Positions 29,850 to 44,485 of a DNA stretch of 64,000 nucleotides are shown one piece after another; position 1 is the stretch's first letter, and every line of letters begins with the position of its first letter. The position numbers and the translations under genes are program-made. Below the pieces are notes generated by a model. That model ran no database searches, was not told the DNA's origin, and saw only the letters and a list, made by a program, of their open reading frames with translations. Source of the DNA: Eledone cirrhosa (taxonomy: Eukaryota); the NCBI GenBank assembly GCA_964016885.1, contig OZ024741.1, positions 289,974,001-290,038,000 on the forward strand, read 5' to 3'.

Positions 29850-30380
29850 ATGTGAAAAAATGAAGGAAATGGTATGAATAAAAGTAAAGAAAGTAAAAAC
29901 GTGATGTAGAAAGAAAATAGAAAGAAAGTAAAAAAGAAAAAAGAAAAAAGAGAAAAGAAAAAAGAAAAAAAGGAAGAAGAAAGTAAAAAGATAGAAAGAA
30001 AGAAAGAGAGGAAGTAATAAATGAAAGAAATGAAAGGCATGATATTTAACAATGATAGGTGTGCTGGAGGATTATCTGATAGGGGTTATGGGGACGTTCT
30101 TAATAAGTCAGAAATTAGTCCTAATCTCCAAGTAAAAGAGGAGTGAAATAGCTAAGGACAAGATGGCTGCTGACTGAGACTTTATTGAGAAAAATGTTTT
30201 CTTCACGTATCAATATCTTCCACCTTCATCGTCGCCATATTTTCATCATCAGAATTTTTTTCTGTTTGTTATACTAATTTAATTCATTAGATCATGTAGT
30301 TTTATATTAAAGAAGATATAAATATACATATATATTTAAGTAATTAATTAAATTATTATAAACTTCAACACTCATAAATT

Positions 30381-30436
<56 letters not shown>

Positions 30437-30578
30437 CCAAAGATTAATATGGTTCATTACTCAAAGAATATAGTATGTTTACAATAGATTAAAAGCACTC
30501 TACAAAAAAGTTTTCTGGAGTTATTAATATTATTCAGAATATTAATAAATGAAGACATTCACATAATCAAAATATATG

Positions 30579-30640
30579 TTTTATTATATATATTTCGAAG
30601 GTACTGTGTTGTTTTTTCAGTACGTCCTCGTCAGATAAAA
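30579..30640 (-). ncRNA. Type I hammerhead (inverted copy)
   Basis: Reverse complement of 31704-31765. Confidence 0.75.
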
Positions 30641-31703
30641 TACATGAATTGATGTATGACATACCTCAACGGTCTTGATAGGTCATTGTTCAACTAGAAA
30701 TTTCTTGATTTGTGGTTTGAAATATCTTCTGGTTTCAAATTACTTAAATATTTTAAATGTTCACATATGATGAACGAGTTATCTTCCTTTGTTTACATTC
30801 TTCGTAAATAATTTTGTTCTGTCTGAATAGCTTGCTAAATTATATTTAACATGAATTATGCAGTTTAATAATATATGAAAATCCTTAAAGGGAAACTATA
30901 TATAATAATAAGTAATTGCTGAAGTAAATATGAAATAATAAAGCTTTTGAGAATATATATAATTGCAACTTAATCCTGTAATTAAATGACAATCAATAAT
31001 TTTATAAAGAAAATAGAATAACTCAGATAATAATTGATCTTAATATAAAAAATATATATATACTGATGGTGATATATGCATGTGTTTTAATAAATATCCT
31101 AATACACTTAATAATTATTTAAATATGCTTTAAAGATAAAAATATTTTTAAAAGTTGTAACAAAATATTTGGTGAATGTATTACTTGTTTAAACTATGTA
31201 TCTGACAGCTATAGAAAATAATTTTATTTGTTTAATTTTGATATAATATATAAGTGTAATTAGCTTAAACATAACCAAATACAAAAGATATTAAACATTT
31301 CAGTTATTTAATTGGTTGCATCTATTTGACTTAATATTTGAAAACAACGGTCTTTCTACCCCCCCCCCCCCTCATTTCTTTCTTTTTTGTCGTTATTTCT
31401 TCTTTCTTCTTCTTTCTTTCTTCCTTTTTTTCTTTTATATATTTCTTCCCTAATACATCTATTTACTCATTTAAATATTTATGTATGTATGTATTTATTT
31501 ATTTTATTTTTTTCTTGCATTTCCTCATATTCACCCCCTCCTTATATCCCTATCTCGCTCTACGTCCTCTTCTTCTTTAAATTTAAGTTTATCATGTTTT
31601 TATTTGTGGTATATAAATGTTGAGATTTGTTGTAATAAATCACTGCCAATACTGGAATTGAACTATCAAGAGCGTTGAGGTATGTCATACATCAATTCAT
31701 GTA

Positions 31704-31765
31704 TTTTATCTGACGAGGACGTACTGAAAAAACAACACAGTACCTTCGAAATATATATAATAAAA
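31704..31765 (+). ncRNA. Type I hammerhead
   Basis: UUUUAU-CUGACGA-GGA.GUACUG..CAGUAC.UUC-GAAA-UAUAU-AUA-AUAAAA. Confidence 0.8.
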
Positions 31766-31809
31766 CATATATTTTGATTATGTGAATGTCTTCATTTATT
31801 AATATTTTG

Positions 31810-31848
<39 letters not shown>

Positions 31849-31954
31849 GTATTCCCGTAGGAATGGTAAATGAAAGGAAAGTGCTCTATGTAAACTACAG
31901 AGCTATTTAGTTATGTAATAAACAACATAAGACAATTATTCCATTTACCAAAAT

Positions 31955-32025
31955 TTCATTCTGATGAGCGATTTCAGACGTTTGTGTCGAGCTCGTCTGT
32001 CTTCGCGAAACCTTTGGTAAATGGA
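31955..32025 (+). ncRNA. Canonical type I hammerhead
   Basis: UUCAUU-CUGAUGA-GCGA..CAGACG/CGUCUG..UCGC-GAAA-CC(UUU)G-GUA-AAUGGA; preceded by an inverted copy of its downstream flank. Confidence 0.85.
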
Positions 32026-32094
32026 ATAAATGTCTTATGTTGTTTAATACATCATGGTCATCATTTGACGTCCGCTTATATATATATATATATA

Positions 32095-32368
32095 ATAAAT
32101 GTAATCTGAGTTTTTCGAATATTAATAATAACATTCGATTCGTTTGCAATTACGCAAACAAGCGTCAGTAGATCATTCTACTGATATGGCTATAAAATTG
32201 AAGGAACCCTTCAATCTTGCTCTTGTGTTGGCATGTGAACATGCCAACACAAGAGCAAGAATGAAGGGTTCATTCTACTGACATGGCTATACAATTGAGG
32301 CTTGTTTGCGGAATTGCAAACGAATCGAATGTTATTATTACTATTCGAAAAACTCAGATTACATTTAT
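32095..32368. repeat. Nested fold-back with internal direct duplication
   Basis: Outer arms ~68 bp; inner hairpin TCTTGCTCTTGTGTTGGCATG-TGAA-CATGCCAACACAAGAGCAAGA; CATTCTACTGA.ATGGCTATA occurs twice. Confidence 0.8.
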
Positions 32369-32413
32369 TGTATTCAGCCATGTAGAGCGAACATTTTCTT
32401 TTATATATATATA

Positions 32414-32943
32414 CAGTGTACCCTCGGCATTCGCAGAAATTTCCTTAGTACCTAACTAACAATGATTTCTACTATAGGCACAAGGCCAGCAATTTAGTGG
32501 GAGGGGAAAGATCGATTAAATCGACCCCAGTGCATTACAGGTGCTTTATTTTATCGACCCTGTAAGGCAAAGCTAACCTCGGTGGCATTTGAACACAGAA
32601 CATAAAGAGCCGAAAATCTATGCCGCAAAGGATATTTTCCGACACTCTACCGATAGTTATAATCCACCGCCCTTAGAACCTAACTAATTATAGTTCTTGA
32701 AAACCACTGCGTATTCGGGGAATCGTAAATATCTTCTGCGATTTTTTAATGTTTTTTTTTCGTAGCAAAATATATTTTATCACGCTTTTTAACGTTAAAT
32801 TATTAATGACAATATACCGTTTTTGCCGGCCTATATTTTATGTTATGTTTTGACGTTTATAGGTATTTTCAAGGACCACGTCCAATATTCGCGGTTCTTC
32901 ACTCTTCGCGGATGCTCTAGGAATGTAATCCCCACGAATACCG
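32414..32943. mobile_element. pogo/Tigger-like MITE interrupted by a SINE
   Basis: TA then CAGTGTACCCTCGGCATTCGC; partial right TIR CGAATACCG; internal TATTCGCGG motifs. Confidence 0.55.
32461..32672 (-). mobile_element. SINE family A (long subfamily)
   Basis: Has the extra GTCGATTTAATCGA segment; ACCTAACTAA on both sides. Confidence 0.85.
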
Positions 32944-33086
32944 TCTGAAGACAGACAAAATATCTGCCTTCAAGAAACCACTGGTAAATGAAATAATTAT
33001 CTTATGTTGTTTATTACATAACTAATAAGCTATGTAACCTACATAGAGCACTCTTTTTTCCTGTACCTTTCCGACGGAAATCCTTC

Positions 33087-33136
<50 letters not shown>

Positions 33137-33140
<4 letters not shown>

Positions 33141-33408
33141 ATGTTTAACCCCGACGGCAGAGCTCAAGCTGCTTCGACGGCTATCTAGGGCGGGTAAAAT
33201 TCCCGAGATCCATGGACGAGTTCTCTCCAGCGGTCTCTGTCCCTCATTATCGCTGACTTTTGGATTTTCATCCTCAGTGTATACTGATTAATCGACGGCT
33301 ATTTCTCGTCGGGGTTAAACATTTTCCTATTACCCAGTCTACTACCCTAAGTATTGAGTACTCTGATGCGTTATGGTCCATCTGGTTTCTTACCACACCT
33401 CCTTCGTT
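33137..33408 (+). mobile_element. LINE-like 3' end with inverted 5' segment carrying an RTE-like C-terminus
   Basis: Minus strand 33185-33265 reads IQKSAIMRDRDRWRELVHGSREFYPP*, resembling the DRxxWR end of RTE-type ORFs. Confidence 0.55.
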
Positions 33409-35161
33409 TTATATATATATATATATATAATTAACACTTAGTTTTTGAAACTATCGCAAAACAATGGATTACTCTCATCGCTATTCCGTCTGATTAGGGA
33501 GTATATAGGATTACATTATTCGATGATTACTCCTAGAAATTGTTGTGATTTGAATGAGTTTGCTATTTATGACGGTCAATTGGCGGAGTGGTTAGATTGA
33601 CTGTTAGAATGCTTTGCGTTATCCGTTTCGGCTCTGTGCTCTGTGAGTTCAAATCTCGCCAAGAACTACTTTGCCTTTAATCCATTCGAGGTCGATATGG
33701 GGCTGATTCTTCTTCTATATCTCTTTCTCACATCCATTCGCTCAATTTCTAACCCTTCCTTGATGAAAGCTGCTGTATTCAGACCTGGAGAGAAGATGGG
33801 CTCCACCAGGTTTAAAAAATGCCCTAGAAACATTGTACGTTAATACGGCACCCCTGTGACTCTCTCAGGATTTACAGGACCATGCATGCAGTTTATTTCT
33901 TGGCTGTTTGGCTTGCTGGTTGCTGAGTCTGGCGGTTGTTATTGCTACTGCTGTATTTGATGTTTAGCTCCATGTTAGTCCAGTTTCAGCAGACCTATTA
34001 TTAGAAGTATTACAACTCTGAATATCACGCTTTTACATTTATAGATATAAATAAAAGAATGGTTTCTTATTTAGGCAGAAGGCCAGCACTCTGAGGAATG
34101 TAAACGTCGATTAAATTAATCCCAATACTGGATTCCTATTATATTTTACCGACTCTATTGAGATTTGATCTCAGGTCGTATATAACCGGAAAAAAATACC
34201 GCAAATAATTTTTTCCGACACACTGGTGACTCTCCGAATCTACTACCATTAAGCAGTGTAGTTTTAAACATCATGTATCATATGGTAGGCTGAGGTTGCA
34301 AGTAAATTTGGCTGCTATTTCTAGCAGGTCACTTGATGAATCAGTACTGATCATTGTCGCTGTGGTAGTGTTGTTATGTGCGGCGATGGAAATGATGATG
34401 CTGTTATTAGAATTGTTTATAATGGTGGGGGTGGGGTGCCGATAGAGTTGGTTGGGGGTGGAGTTGGTGGTGGTTGAGGGGTTTCAAACCGGAAATTCCT
34501 CTCAACGGCATAATCATGCGACCCATTTATTCCGTCCCGAATGTTCTCCTCTCAACCCTCTCCCTCTTCTTTTCCTTCTGCTCTCTCTAACTCTATCCTC
34601 AACCCCTTCCTCCTTCTCCTTCCATTACTCTGTATCTCCCCCACTTTCTCTTTCATTTCTTACAGTCACCCACTAATACATCTAAGTCTATTTCTGATTC
34701 ATTTCTCTCTCAAAAACAGCGCCTCTAACACTTTTACCACCATTATTGATACTACTACTACAACCACCACAAACCACCACAACTATCACCACCCCCACCA
34801 GCACAACCACAATCACCACCATCAACCAGCAGCACCACCACCATCATCACTACCTCCCCAACCAACACGATCACAAACACTACCATCATCGCTACCACTA
34901 CCAACACCATATCTATTATCGCCGTCACAGTCACAACTACTATAACCAGTACTACCCCCACCACCATCACGACAACCACCACCACTATCACAATCACAAC
35001 TCACCATCATCACCAACAAGAACAACAACAACAAAACTAACATCGTTACTATCACCACCATCACCATCGTCTTTACTACTACAACCTCCTACACCACCAA
35101 TAACACTAACCTCATCTTTGCCATCATAACTATTACAATGGCCATCACCACTATTATTAAC

Positions 35162-35345
35162 ATTGGCAGTATGGGTAGAGGGTCGGACGTCATGCTTTGC
35201 AGTATAGAGTTACGGCCCTTTACGGTCTGAGTTCAAATCTCACTGAGGTTAACTTTGCCTTTCATCCTTACGGGGTCGATAAAATAAAGTACCAGTAATG
35301 CACTGGGTAATTGCTGGCCTTGTGCCAAAAGTAGAAACAATTATT
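35162..35345 (+). mobile_element. SINE family A
   Basis: Family consensus; flanked by ATTATTAACA. Confidence 0.88.
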
Positions 35346-35536
35346 AACAACACTACCACAACTAATAACAACATCATTATCATTATTAATACTACTACTA
35401 TCAATACCATTATTAATAATATTACCACCATCACCATCAATAATGACGTCACCACCCACATTACCATCATTAATACCACTGTCATTTTCATCATAACTAA
35501 TACCAATTATACAACAAATAGCATTATTTGGCACCA

Positions 35537-35729
35537 GGGCGATGGATTGGCAGAATCGGTAGAGGGTCGGACGTCATGCTTTGACGCATAGAGTTATGGC
35601 CCTTTCCATTCTGAGTTCAAATCCCGCCGAGGTTAACTTTGCCTTTCATCCTTACGGGGTCGATAAAATAAAGTACCAGTAATACACTGGGTAATTGCTG
35701 GCCTTGTGCCAAAAGTAGAAACAATTATT
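35537..35729 (+). mobile_element. SINE family A
   Basis: Full-length family consensus. Confidence 0.9.
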
Positions 35730-36022
35730 TGTCACCGCCATGGTCTTCAATATTACCAAATCACAACCATCACCAGCATTACCACCTATATCATCATCAT
35801 TACTACCACCGTCATCACCATGAACATCTCCAGCAGCACCATCAATAATTCCATCACCGCCTCAAGCAACATGACTACCAGCAACAGCATTAATACCCCA
35901 CCATTTCATACAGAATCAATCACACGCACAAACAACCTCCGCCGAAAACGACCACCATGATGATCATCTTCGCCAATAACAAGACCAACAGCACCACTGC
36001 CATTATTACTAGACACGCCACG

Positions 36023-36482
36023 ACGGTGGATTGGCAGTATCGGTAGAGTGTCGGACACCATGCTTTGTAGCATAGAGTTACGGCCTTTTACGGTCTGAGT
36101 TCAAATTCCACCGAGATTAACTTTGTCTTTCATCCTTACGGGGTCGATAAAATAAAGCACCGGTCAGGCACTTGGGTCGACTTAATTGACCCCCCCCCCA
36201 AAAAAAAAAAATTACTGGCCTTGTGCCTATACTAGAAATCATTATTACTAGACACACCAGGGTGGTGGTTTGGCAGTATCGGCAGAGGGTCGGATGCCAT
36301 GCTTTGCAGCAGAGAGTTACGGCCATTTATGATCTGAGTTCAAATCCCGCCTAGGTTAACTTTGCTTTTCATCCTTACAGTGTCGGTAAAATAAAGTACC
36401 AGTCACGCACTGGGGTCGATTTAATCGACTTTCCTCTCCCCCAAAATTGCTGGCCTTGTGCCTATATAAGAAACCTTTATTA
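36023..36482 (+). mobile_element. Two tandem SINE family A copies (long subfamily)
   Basis: Copies at 36023-36246 and 36260-36482; TTATTACTAGACAC occurs three times. Confidence 0.88.
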
Positions 36483-37440
36483 CTAGACACACCGCTACCA
36501 ATGTCAATGTCTATAAATTATTTTACTTTATCTTTCTCAATCCAGAAACTCGTCTGACTCTGCATCTGAGTCCATTCAATCCTAAAGTCTCAGTTTCTAT
36601 CAAACTATCTCACTCAATGTCTTTCACTGATCCTCTTTATCTTTATATGTTCTGGCTCTTTACTCGCTGAGTTCAAATGAAGCTGAGGTCAAGTTTGCTT
36701 TTCACCCTTCCGGGTTCAATAAAATACGTACCATAAAATACTGAGATCGATTTAATCTAATGTCTCATCTCCTCATATTACTATTATTATTTTCTAGCGG
36801 AGCAGGGAAGTCGATAATGGCGGCTAGAGCATTTAATTTTTGGAGTCAAGGAATGGCATGCCATATATAGCCTATTTATTTACAAACACGGACATTTGTG
36901 ATTTAATGAATATAACTTTCGTCACACATTCTGTGACCTTCTCAGTGACTGGATTTTTTTTATTTTGTGTCAATCCTTTGTTCTCTCCTACACCATCTTA
37001 TTTTTGCATGTTGTATAAAAAAAACCCAGTCACTGAGGAGGTCACAGAATAAAAATATCCTTATATTTGAACGATAAAAGTGATATATTAATTTATTTCT
37101 TGGCTATAATTTCATAAATGTTCAGCAAGCATATCCAATTGACATTCAAGATTAAATGTATAAGTAAAGTTGGAGCAATAACTATTCAAGTGGGTGAATG
37201 TAGGATTAGACCCCCATCCTGGTGAGATCTGGAAACGAACTTCTTATTGTAGCAACATGACTGATTTACGAAATGCATTGCGCGTATGCGTGTAAATTTG
37301 TGTGTAAATTTTATATATATATATCAGCCCATTACTCAACAGAATATATGATATTTGAGATAGTAGAGTATGACTATATTATAAATAGTCGGGGGAGGGG
37401 GGACGGTTGAGATCTTTCTGTTTCAACAGCTAGTTCCAGA

Positions 37441-37482
<42 letters not shown>

Positions 37483-37579
37483 AAAAGGTATGACCTTTCC
37501 TATTTCCCACTCTACTACCCTAAGTATTGAGTACCCTGGTGTGTTATGGTCCATCTGGTTCCTTACCACAACTCCTTCG

Positions 37580-37645
<66 letters not shown>

Positions 37646-38855
37646 ATATATATACAAGCGCATGCATGGCTTATAGTTGATTCTATAAATAGTTTGCATT
37701 GCTATTCATTACATTCATCGAATATTAACTGAAGATCTCACACAATACGGCACCTTGCGAGCGAACTACTCCTTTGTCCTGCCGACTAGGGCCACCTTCC
37801 CTTCATACACTAACACGCTTGTTTCTCCATCATCGATTTAATCCTTAAAATCTGACCACAATTGTCACTGATCTAGCACTCCAGAAACTATTTTGTTACT
37901 ATACTTACTGAGGATTTCTTCTATGCTCCAACCTTTTGTATTTCGCCTTCTTGCTTCTTTCATATCCTTGATGAAACATATTTTGCTTCATTTCACAATA
38001 AAAGCCAATATTTCTATTGTAACCCTTTTTAAACAGTACGACATTAAAGAATATTTCAGACCCATAGAATGCACGTTTGGTAGGAATGAACCCAAGTCGG
38101 TTTCGACAATAACTATTCGTTTCAAAGTTCTTTGGTCAAGAAAACAGCTTGGTCGTGAAATTAATGTTGTCCCATTGTGAGAAAAACCAGATCAGAAAGC
38201 CGTGTCTTGCTCAGAGAGAAATAATTTTGGTTTGGCTTCTGTGGCAGAATGCTCTTCCTAACGCCAACCACAAAACATGTTATCCTGCATCGTAACAATG
38301 CCTGCAATTCGCTGCTTTTGAACGAAATTAATAATTAAAGACCTACAATATAAAATGGTTTTCAATGAAGTCATTGCTATACAACAGCAATCTAAAAATT
38401 TAGGCTGTGTTCACCAACACACCTATCGATTTGTCCGGCCAGCTGATGTTTTTCCACATTTACTATTGAAAAGATAAATAGAAAAATTAACAAGAAAACA
38501 ACAAAAAATAAATTAAGAAGAAATGAACAAAACATAAGAAATGGAAATTCAAACATCATTATTATTATTAATAAATACTTTAAAAAAACAATCACAATAA
38601 ATATATTGATAATATAAAAAATAATCAGGATAACAAAATACAAATATGGCATAAAAAGAGATGGAATTTTAAAGAAATGTAAATAATGCCACAATATAAA
38701 ATAGGAATATAAATTACATTATTTTTTTCGGGGTAACAGTTGAAAATGCTATTAGTCAAACAAACATCTTTGTGTTGGAAATAACATCTCTGCATCTATT
38801 ATTTTATTTCATATATATATATATATATATATATGAAATAAAATAATATATATAT

Positions 38856-38898
<43 letters not shown>

Positions 38899-38931
38899 AT
38901 GTATATATATATATAAATATATGTATATACA

Positions 38932-38990
<59 letters not shown>

Positions 38991-39368
38991 TATACATATG
39001 TACGTATATATATATATATATACATACACATATATATATACATTTATATATATATATATATATTATATATAATATATATATATACATACATATATTTTAT
39101 TTTATATGTATGTTGTGTTGATTTTCGTTTCGTTTAAAATCTATTAAAATGTATGGACAAATATAAACGTTGGAATAATACATTTTACTGAACGATCGTT
39201 TTACATTTTATTTTATAGATATATGCACATATACTACCACACACAAACACCACTATACAGCCACGCATACTCACACAGATGTATGTATAAAATACAAAGA
39301 AAAACGAGCAACAAACAGACATATTCATTAAAGTTTATGTATGTATTCACAACATGCATAAATAAAAA

Positions 39369-39424
<56 letters not shown>

Positions 39425-39478
39425 TATATAGATATATAGATATAACACGCATATGTATATATACAAATCTCTCTCTCA

Positions 39479-39520
<42 letters not shown>

Positions 39521-39542
39521 CTTTCTAGCTTCCTCTCTATTT

Positions 39543-39629
<87 letters not shown>

Positions 39630-40442
39630 GAAAGAAGCTAGAAAGAGATGCTGAAGTCACATAGGGAGATATATATAACAATACATATTTCTATATTAAC
39701 ATAGACCAACTTTTAAAAGTATTTTTTTTTATTTCAAATTGTGATATGTTACATATAATTCTTCCCACATGGAAGGTCGTTAGTGTGTGAGCCTATGTTT
39801 TTGAGTACGTGTAAATATCTGCCTATTTTATACCTGTGAATAGTAATGCGTGACAGTTTATTCCTGTATGTGTGTATGAGTGTTGTCTTTTGTTTTATGC
39901 ATTTTACATTCGATTTAAAAACACCTTCCTAGAGAAGAATGAAAATAGACACAAAAGAAAGATCGTTTTTTTGCTTTAACTCTATTTCTCTCCATCTCAC
40001 ACACACCCAAACCCTATATATATTTATGTATCTAGCTATCTATCTCTATATATATATACATACATATACATACACACACTTATATATGTACACACACACA
40101 CACACATATATATATAATAAAATAATGGTCCATATTATCCAACTGCAAATGGAAATGTAGGGGAGACAATAACATATTTAAGGCTCATTTATGACGGAAA
40201 TAACTTCAGTTATCATCATCAACACAAGGAACAGCTGGCACAGTACTGTTACTAATTGTTTGTAACTATGTTTCAATATGTATGAAGGTTAGTGTGTAAG
40301 TATAGGGGCCATAAGCATACACAGTGAGGCGTGCACACACAGAGACACAGAGCCACACATGCTCATCCATATATACACATACATAAATATATATATATGT
40401 TATATATACATAGAACACACACACACGCACACACACACACAC

Positions 40443-40509
<67 letters not shown>

Positions 40510-40549
40510 AGTATATATGTGTGCACCTATGCATACACACACACATATA

Positions 40550-40584
<35 letters not shown>

Positions 40585-40911
40585 CCTCATACATATATGT
40601 AATGTATATTTATTTATGTATGTATCTATACATCTCAAGGAAAAAAATATTTGTAGGATCAGAACCATCATATTTTCAATTTAAATGAATCAGCCACAAT
40701 AGTATATTGTAGTTTTTGTCTCCTTTCTTTCTTCAATTATTTAACACTTTAACAGAGAACGAAATATAACATGTTTCGTTTAATTGCTCCACATGCCCTT
40801 TATTTATAGTTTCAGAAACATGCCTATTTTCTTCTTAAACCTATCTGTTTACACACTCACACACACTCAAGCAGACCTACACACACATATCTATATGAAT
40901 ATAAATACATA

Positions 40912-41182
40912 TAAGTTCTCACGTTCGATTCCCACCATCGTGATGAGTCTTTGTGTGAGATACATTATTTTACGTAGCTAACGTCCAGTCAGTTACCAAA
41001 ACAGTGTTTGCAATCGTAATTTAAATTGCCAGTATTGTCACACATATATTAGGCTGAATCTCCTTGAGAAATACAATACATTTGCACGCATCTGCGCACC
41101 GCTCAGCCACTTACACGTTAATTTCACGAGAAGATAGTTCTCTTGTTCGAACAACTTGTACACTCGTCATTGGAACCTAGGC
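40912..41182 (+). mobile_element. Old tRNA-derived SINE (family B)
   Basis: B-box GTTCGATTCC; GCTCAGCCACTTACACGTTAATTTCACGAG; tail shared with 789-975. Confidence 0.65.
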
Positions 41183-41333
41183 AGCCCCTACACACTCACG
41201 AGTATATAAATATAATATTTCATTAGGCTCCATGAAGACATTCTCCTAACAGTGAAGACCTGAAAGGTGAGAAGGTATGTCTATCTAATAAGAACCAATG
41301 GTCTTGCAAATATATATATATATATATATATAT

Positions 41334-41481
41334 ACCTCTTTCTTTGAGCAATTTAATTGTAAGAGAATATTTTGAGTTTCTAACTCAATATATACCTTTG
41401 ATATATATATATAGCAAAGGTATATATTGAGTTAGAAACTCAAAATAGTCTCTTACAATTAAATAGCTCAAAGAAAGAGGT
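41334..41481. repeat. Fold-back with (TA)n loop containing the 3' half of a hammerhead
   Basis: ~67-bp arms; right arm has A-GAAA-CU(CAAAAU)A-GUC. Confidence 0.8.
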
Positions 41482-41806
41482 TTTTCTGAGCCGTGTAATA
41501 TAATTGAATATAAAAGAGAGATAAACATAGATATAAACATATATGTGTTCAAATCGTAAGGGACCAGGTTCGCTAGGGTGTAAAAAAATACTAACTATTA
41601 ACAATAGGGTTTGCCAGACTCAATTTAAAATAATAAATCAAGAAAAGAAATATAAACCGGTATTGGGCAACTGCCGGACACCCAGACAGCTTTTGGTAGG
41701 CTATTTCGCAATTTTAGCGAAGGGAATTACGAATTCTTTGCTCATATGTGGGTGTAAAATTCAACACATATATGTTTATATCTGTGTTTATCACTCTTTT
41801 ATATTC

Positions 41807-41879
<73 letters not shown>

Positions 41880-41885
<6 letters not shown>

Positions 41886-42360
41886 AAGAGTGAAGAATAA
41901 CATGGTCGGCTGTAAAAAAAAGGTTTTATTTACAGTATTAACAATTGATCAGGAGAGTCTAAAGGCCGCTAATCACTCGAAATTGCGTCACTCGATCTTA
42001 AATACAGTGTGTCTCTGATCAAATCATCGGAATACAGTATTCCGATGATTTTATCAGAGACACACACTGTATTTAAGGTCGAGTGACGCAATTTCGAGTG
42101 ATTAGCGGCCTTTAGACTCACCTGATCAATGAAACAATTGTTAATACTGTAAATAAAACCCTTTTTGTACAGCTGACCATGTTATTCTTCACTCTTTCAC
42201 TACTATTATTCCAAGAATGACTTGCATGGGAATTGTCGCAAACTTGCTACCTAACTAAGGAAACCTCTTGTTGAGTCAAACAACGCCGTCCATTAAAACT
42301 ATCCATAGTACAGAGTACTCACAACCTCTAACTGGATTACCTTAAACAATACCTTGTTAT

Positions 42361-42362
<2 letters not shown>
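41880..42362 (+). mobile_element. HHR element with ~155-bp fold-back
   Basis: Palindrome centred at 42036; diverged opposite-strand copy at 42478-42778. Confidence 0.8.
42034..42150 (+). ncRNA. Hammerhead variant (CCGAUGA core, long stem II)
   Basis: ACAGUAUU-CCGAUGA-U-UU(G)AUCAG..CUGAUCAA-U-GAAA-CAAUU-GUU-AAUACUGU; 8-bp stem I; palindromic ACAAUUGU. Confidence 0.7.
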
Positions 42363-42428
<66 letters not shown>

Positions 42429-42850
42429 AAAGTAAAAAACAACAACAACGCTGATATATATATATATATATATATATAGGATAACAAAGTATCGTTGAGA
42501 GGTTGAGAGTACTCTGTGTCGAGGTTAGCTTTAACTAGTCGAGTGGCCGATTTAAGAAAGTTCCTAGGCAGGTGTTTCTTGGAGTAATTATAGTAAAAGA
42601 ATGAGGAATAACATAGTCGGCTGTACAAAAAGGGTTTATTTACAGTATTAACAATTGTTTAATAATCAGGTGAGTCTAAAAGCCGCTGATCGTTATAAGT
42701 TACATCACTCGATCTTAATAAACTGCAAATAAACCCTTTGGTACAACCGACCATGTTATTCCTCATTCTTGTATTATATATATATTCATAGAAAATGCAT
42801 GGATCTCAAATGCGTATAAGAACTGTAAACAGGGTCGGTGTCTATGAATG

Positions 42851-43043
42851 ATTGTTTCTACACTTGGCACAAGGCCACCAATTATCCCAGTGCATTACTG
42901 GTACTTTATTTTATCGACCTCGTAAGAATGAAAGGCAAAGTTAACCTCGGCGAGATTTGAACTCAGACTCTAAAGGGCCGCAAACTCAATTCTGCAAAGC
43001 ATGGAGTCCGACCCCACTACCAATAGTGCCAATCCACCACCCT
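42851..43043 (-). mobile_element. SINE family A
   Basis: Full-length family consensus. Confidence 0.85.
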
Positions 43044-43391
43044 ATGTCTATAGTGTCTATAAACAATAGCTTAGAGAATCGAGTAAAAATCTATATAGTC
43101 GGAAAAGATTGGATAGCAACTGATACAAGGAATCAAACTTTGTATTTCTCAGACATCGGCTGAGTGCTTCAATCATTGAGCAAGGGAGCTGCCGAGAAAA
43201 ACCCCGTCTAAATTAGAAAGTCAATTTTAGCAGCTTTGTTTCATGCAAATATCGAACTTTCGAAGCGGTGAGGAGTAATAAAATTCACATTCATATCAAT
43301 TAGCTTCCTATTAATTTATTGTTTATTATTATTGTTATTGTTTTATTTGTTTAGCCGTATTCAACAAAATAAGCAATGACAGCATTGATAA

Positions 43392-43579
43392 TGATTCCTA
43401 CTATAGGCACAAGGCCAGCAATTCTGGGGGAGGGGAATGTCGATTAAATCGACACCAGTGCATCACTGGTGCTTTATCCGTAAGGAAGAAAGGCAAAGCT
43501 AACCTCGGCGGGATTTGAACTCAGATCATAATAGGGCGTAACTCTATGCTGCAAAGCATGGTGTCCAACGCTCTACCGA
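43392..43579 (-). mobile_element. SINE family A (long subfamily)
   Basis: Family consensus, 5' end clipped. Confidence 0.85.
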
Positions 43580-44009
43580 ACAACAACATTAATAATAACA
43601 ATAAAAAAACAACAGCAACACGAACAACTACAACAGCCACAACAACAACATATTCCGAGCAATGGCTGCAAAAGCAGCCGAACTATTCAGCATAGACTTG
43701 AAAAAAACACGTTGACCATTTGGCAAAAGCGCCAGCTTAATTTAGCGCCAAAACACAAAAGCTGAAATAGCCGTCCTGTCCGATGCGTTGGCGGCAAGGG
43801 GAAAAAGATTCTGATATACAGAACATTTTCTATGAAATCGAGACTGCGAGAAGTGGCATCACAAAGTGAGTGCAAAAGAGATATGAAAGACAGAATCCCC
43901 GATGTAGAGCTTATAGCTACAGCAAGGCAATTCGAAGCCATTCCAGCGTTCCACACAATCAAAACTCTGACCATTAAGCATTCTGTGGTCCCGGTTTGGA
44001 CAGTCTAAT

Positions 44010-44135
44010 TTGTACTACACCCTCGTCGACTTTTACAAGTTCCCCCTGGATAGGAAGGCGGGGAGGAGAGGGAAGTGCTGCTCCCACTACATTTGTTAGA
44101 AGGTGAGTTGAACGTAGCGAGGATGGCCTGAGTGA
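44010..44135 (+). mobile_element. Possible decayed L1/Tx1-like ORF2 C-terminus
   Basis: Frameshifted LVDFYKFPLDRK..EREVL..FVRR*.NVARMA; resemblance from memory only. Confidence 0.3.
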
Positions 44136-44446
44136 ATATGCCTACTCTAAACATTGGCCTATAGGCTGGAGAGTTATGTGAAGAGAGGGGCACCTTCATA
44201 AAGTCCTCTTGGATATTAGGATGATTTAGGACCGGTGGGGTTACTAAATTACTTGGTGCTCCCCCTATTGGGGAATTTTTTTTATTGTTATTAGTTTATT
44301 GTTTATTGTTATCTGTTGTATTTGTTTACATAATTTCGGGATTTTGTAAATCTCCACTGCCCCCATATGTTTTTTTATTGTTTTCCATGTTTCGGTCCTT
44401 GTGGCCAAATATAGATATAAATAAGGATAATTATTATTACCATTTT

Positions 44447-44485
<39 letters not shown>

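Larger units (their letters stand above)
30528..31816 (+). mobile_element. HHR-bearing element with ~155-bp terminal inverted arms, probably a decayed PLE 3' end
   Basis: Arms 30528-30681 and 31662-31816; weak Cys-rich remnant SCNKIFGECITCLNY near 31153-31200. Confidence 0.65.
34560..36000. repeat. Degenerate CAC/CAT/CAA low-complexity region
   Basis: Trinucleotide-rich; hosts several SINEs. Confidence 0.7.

Noticed and set aside
26262-30052. 828-aa and 1216-aa ORFs
   Set aside because: Translations of the polypyrimidine minisatellite and (CTA)n; no protein-like complexity
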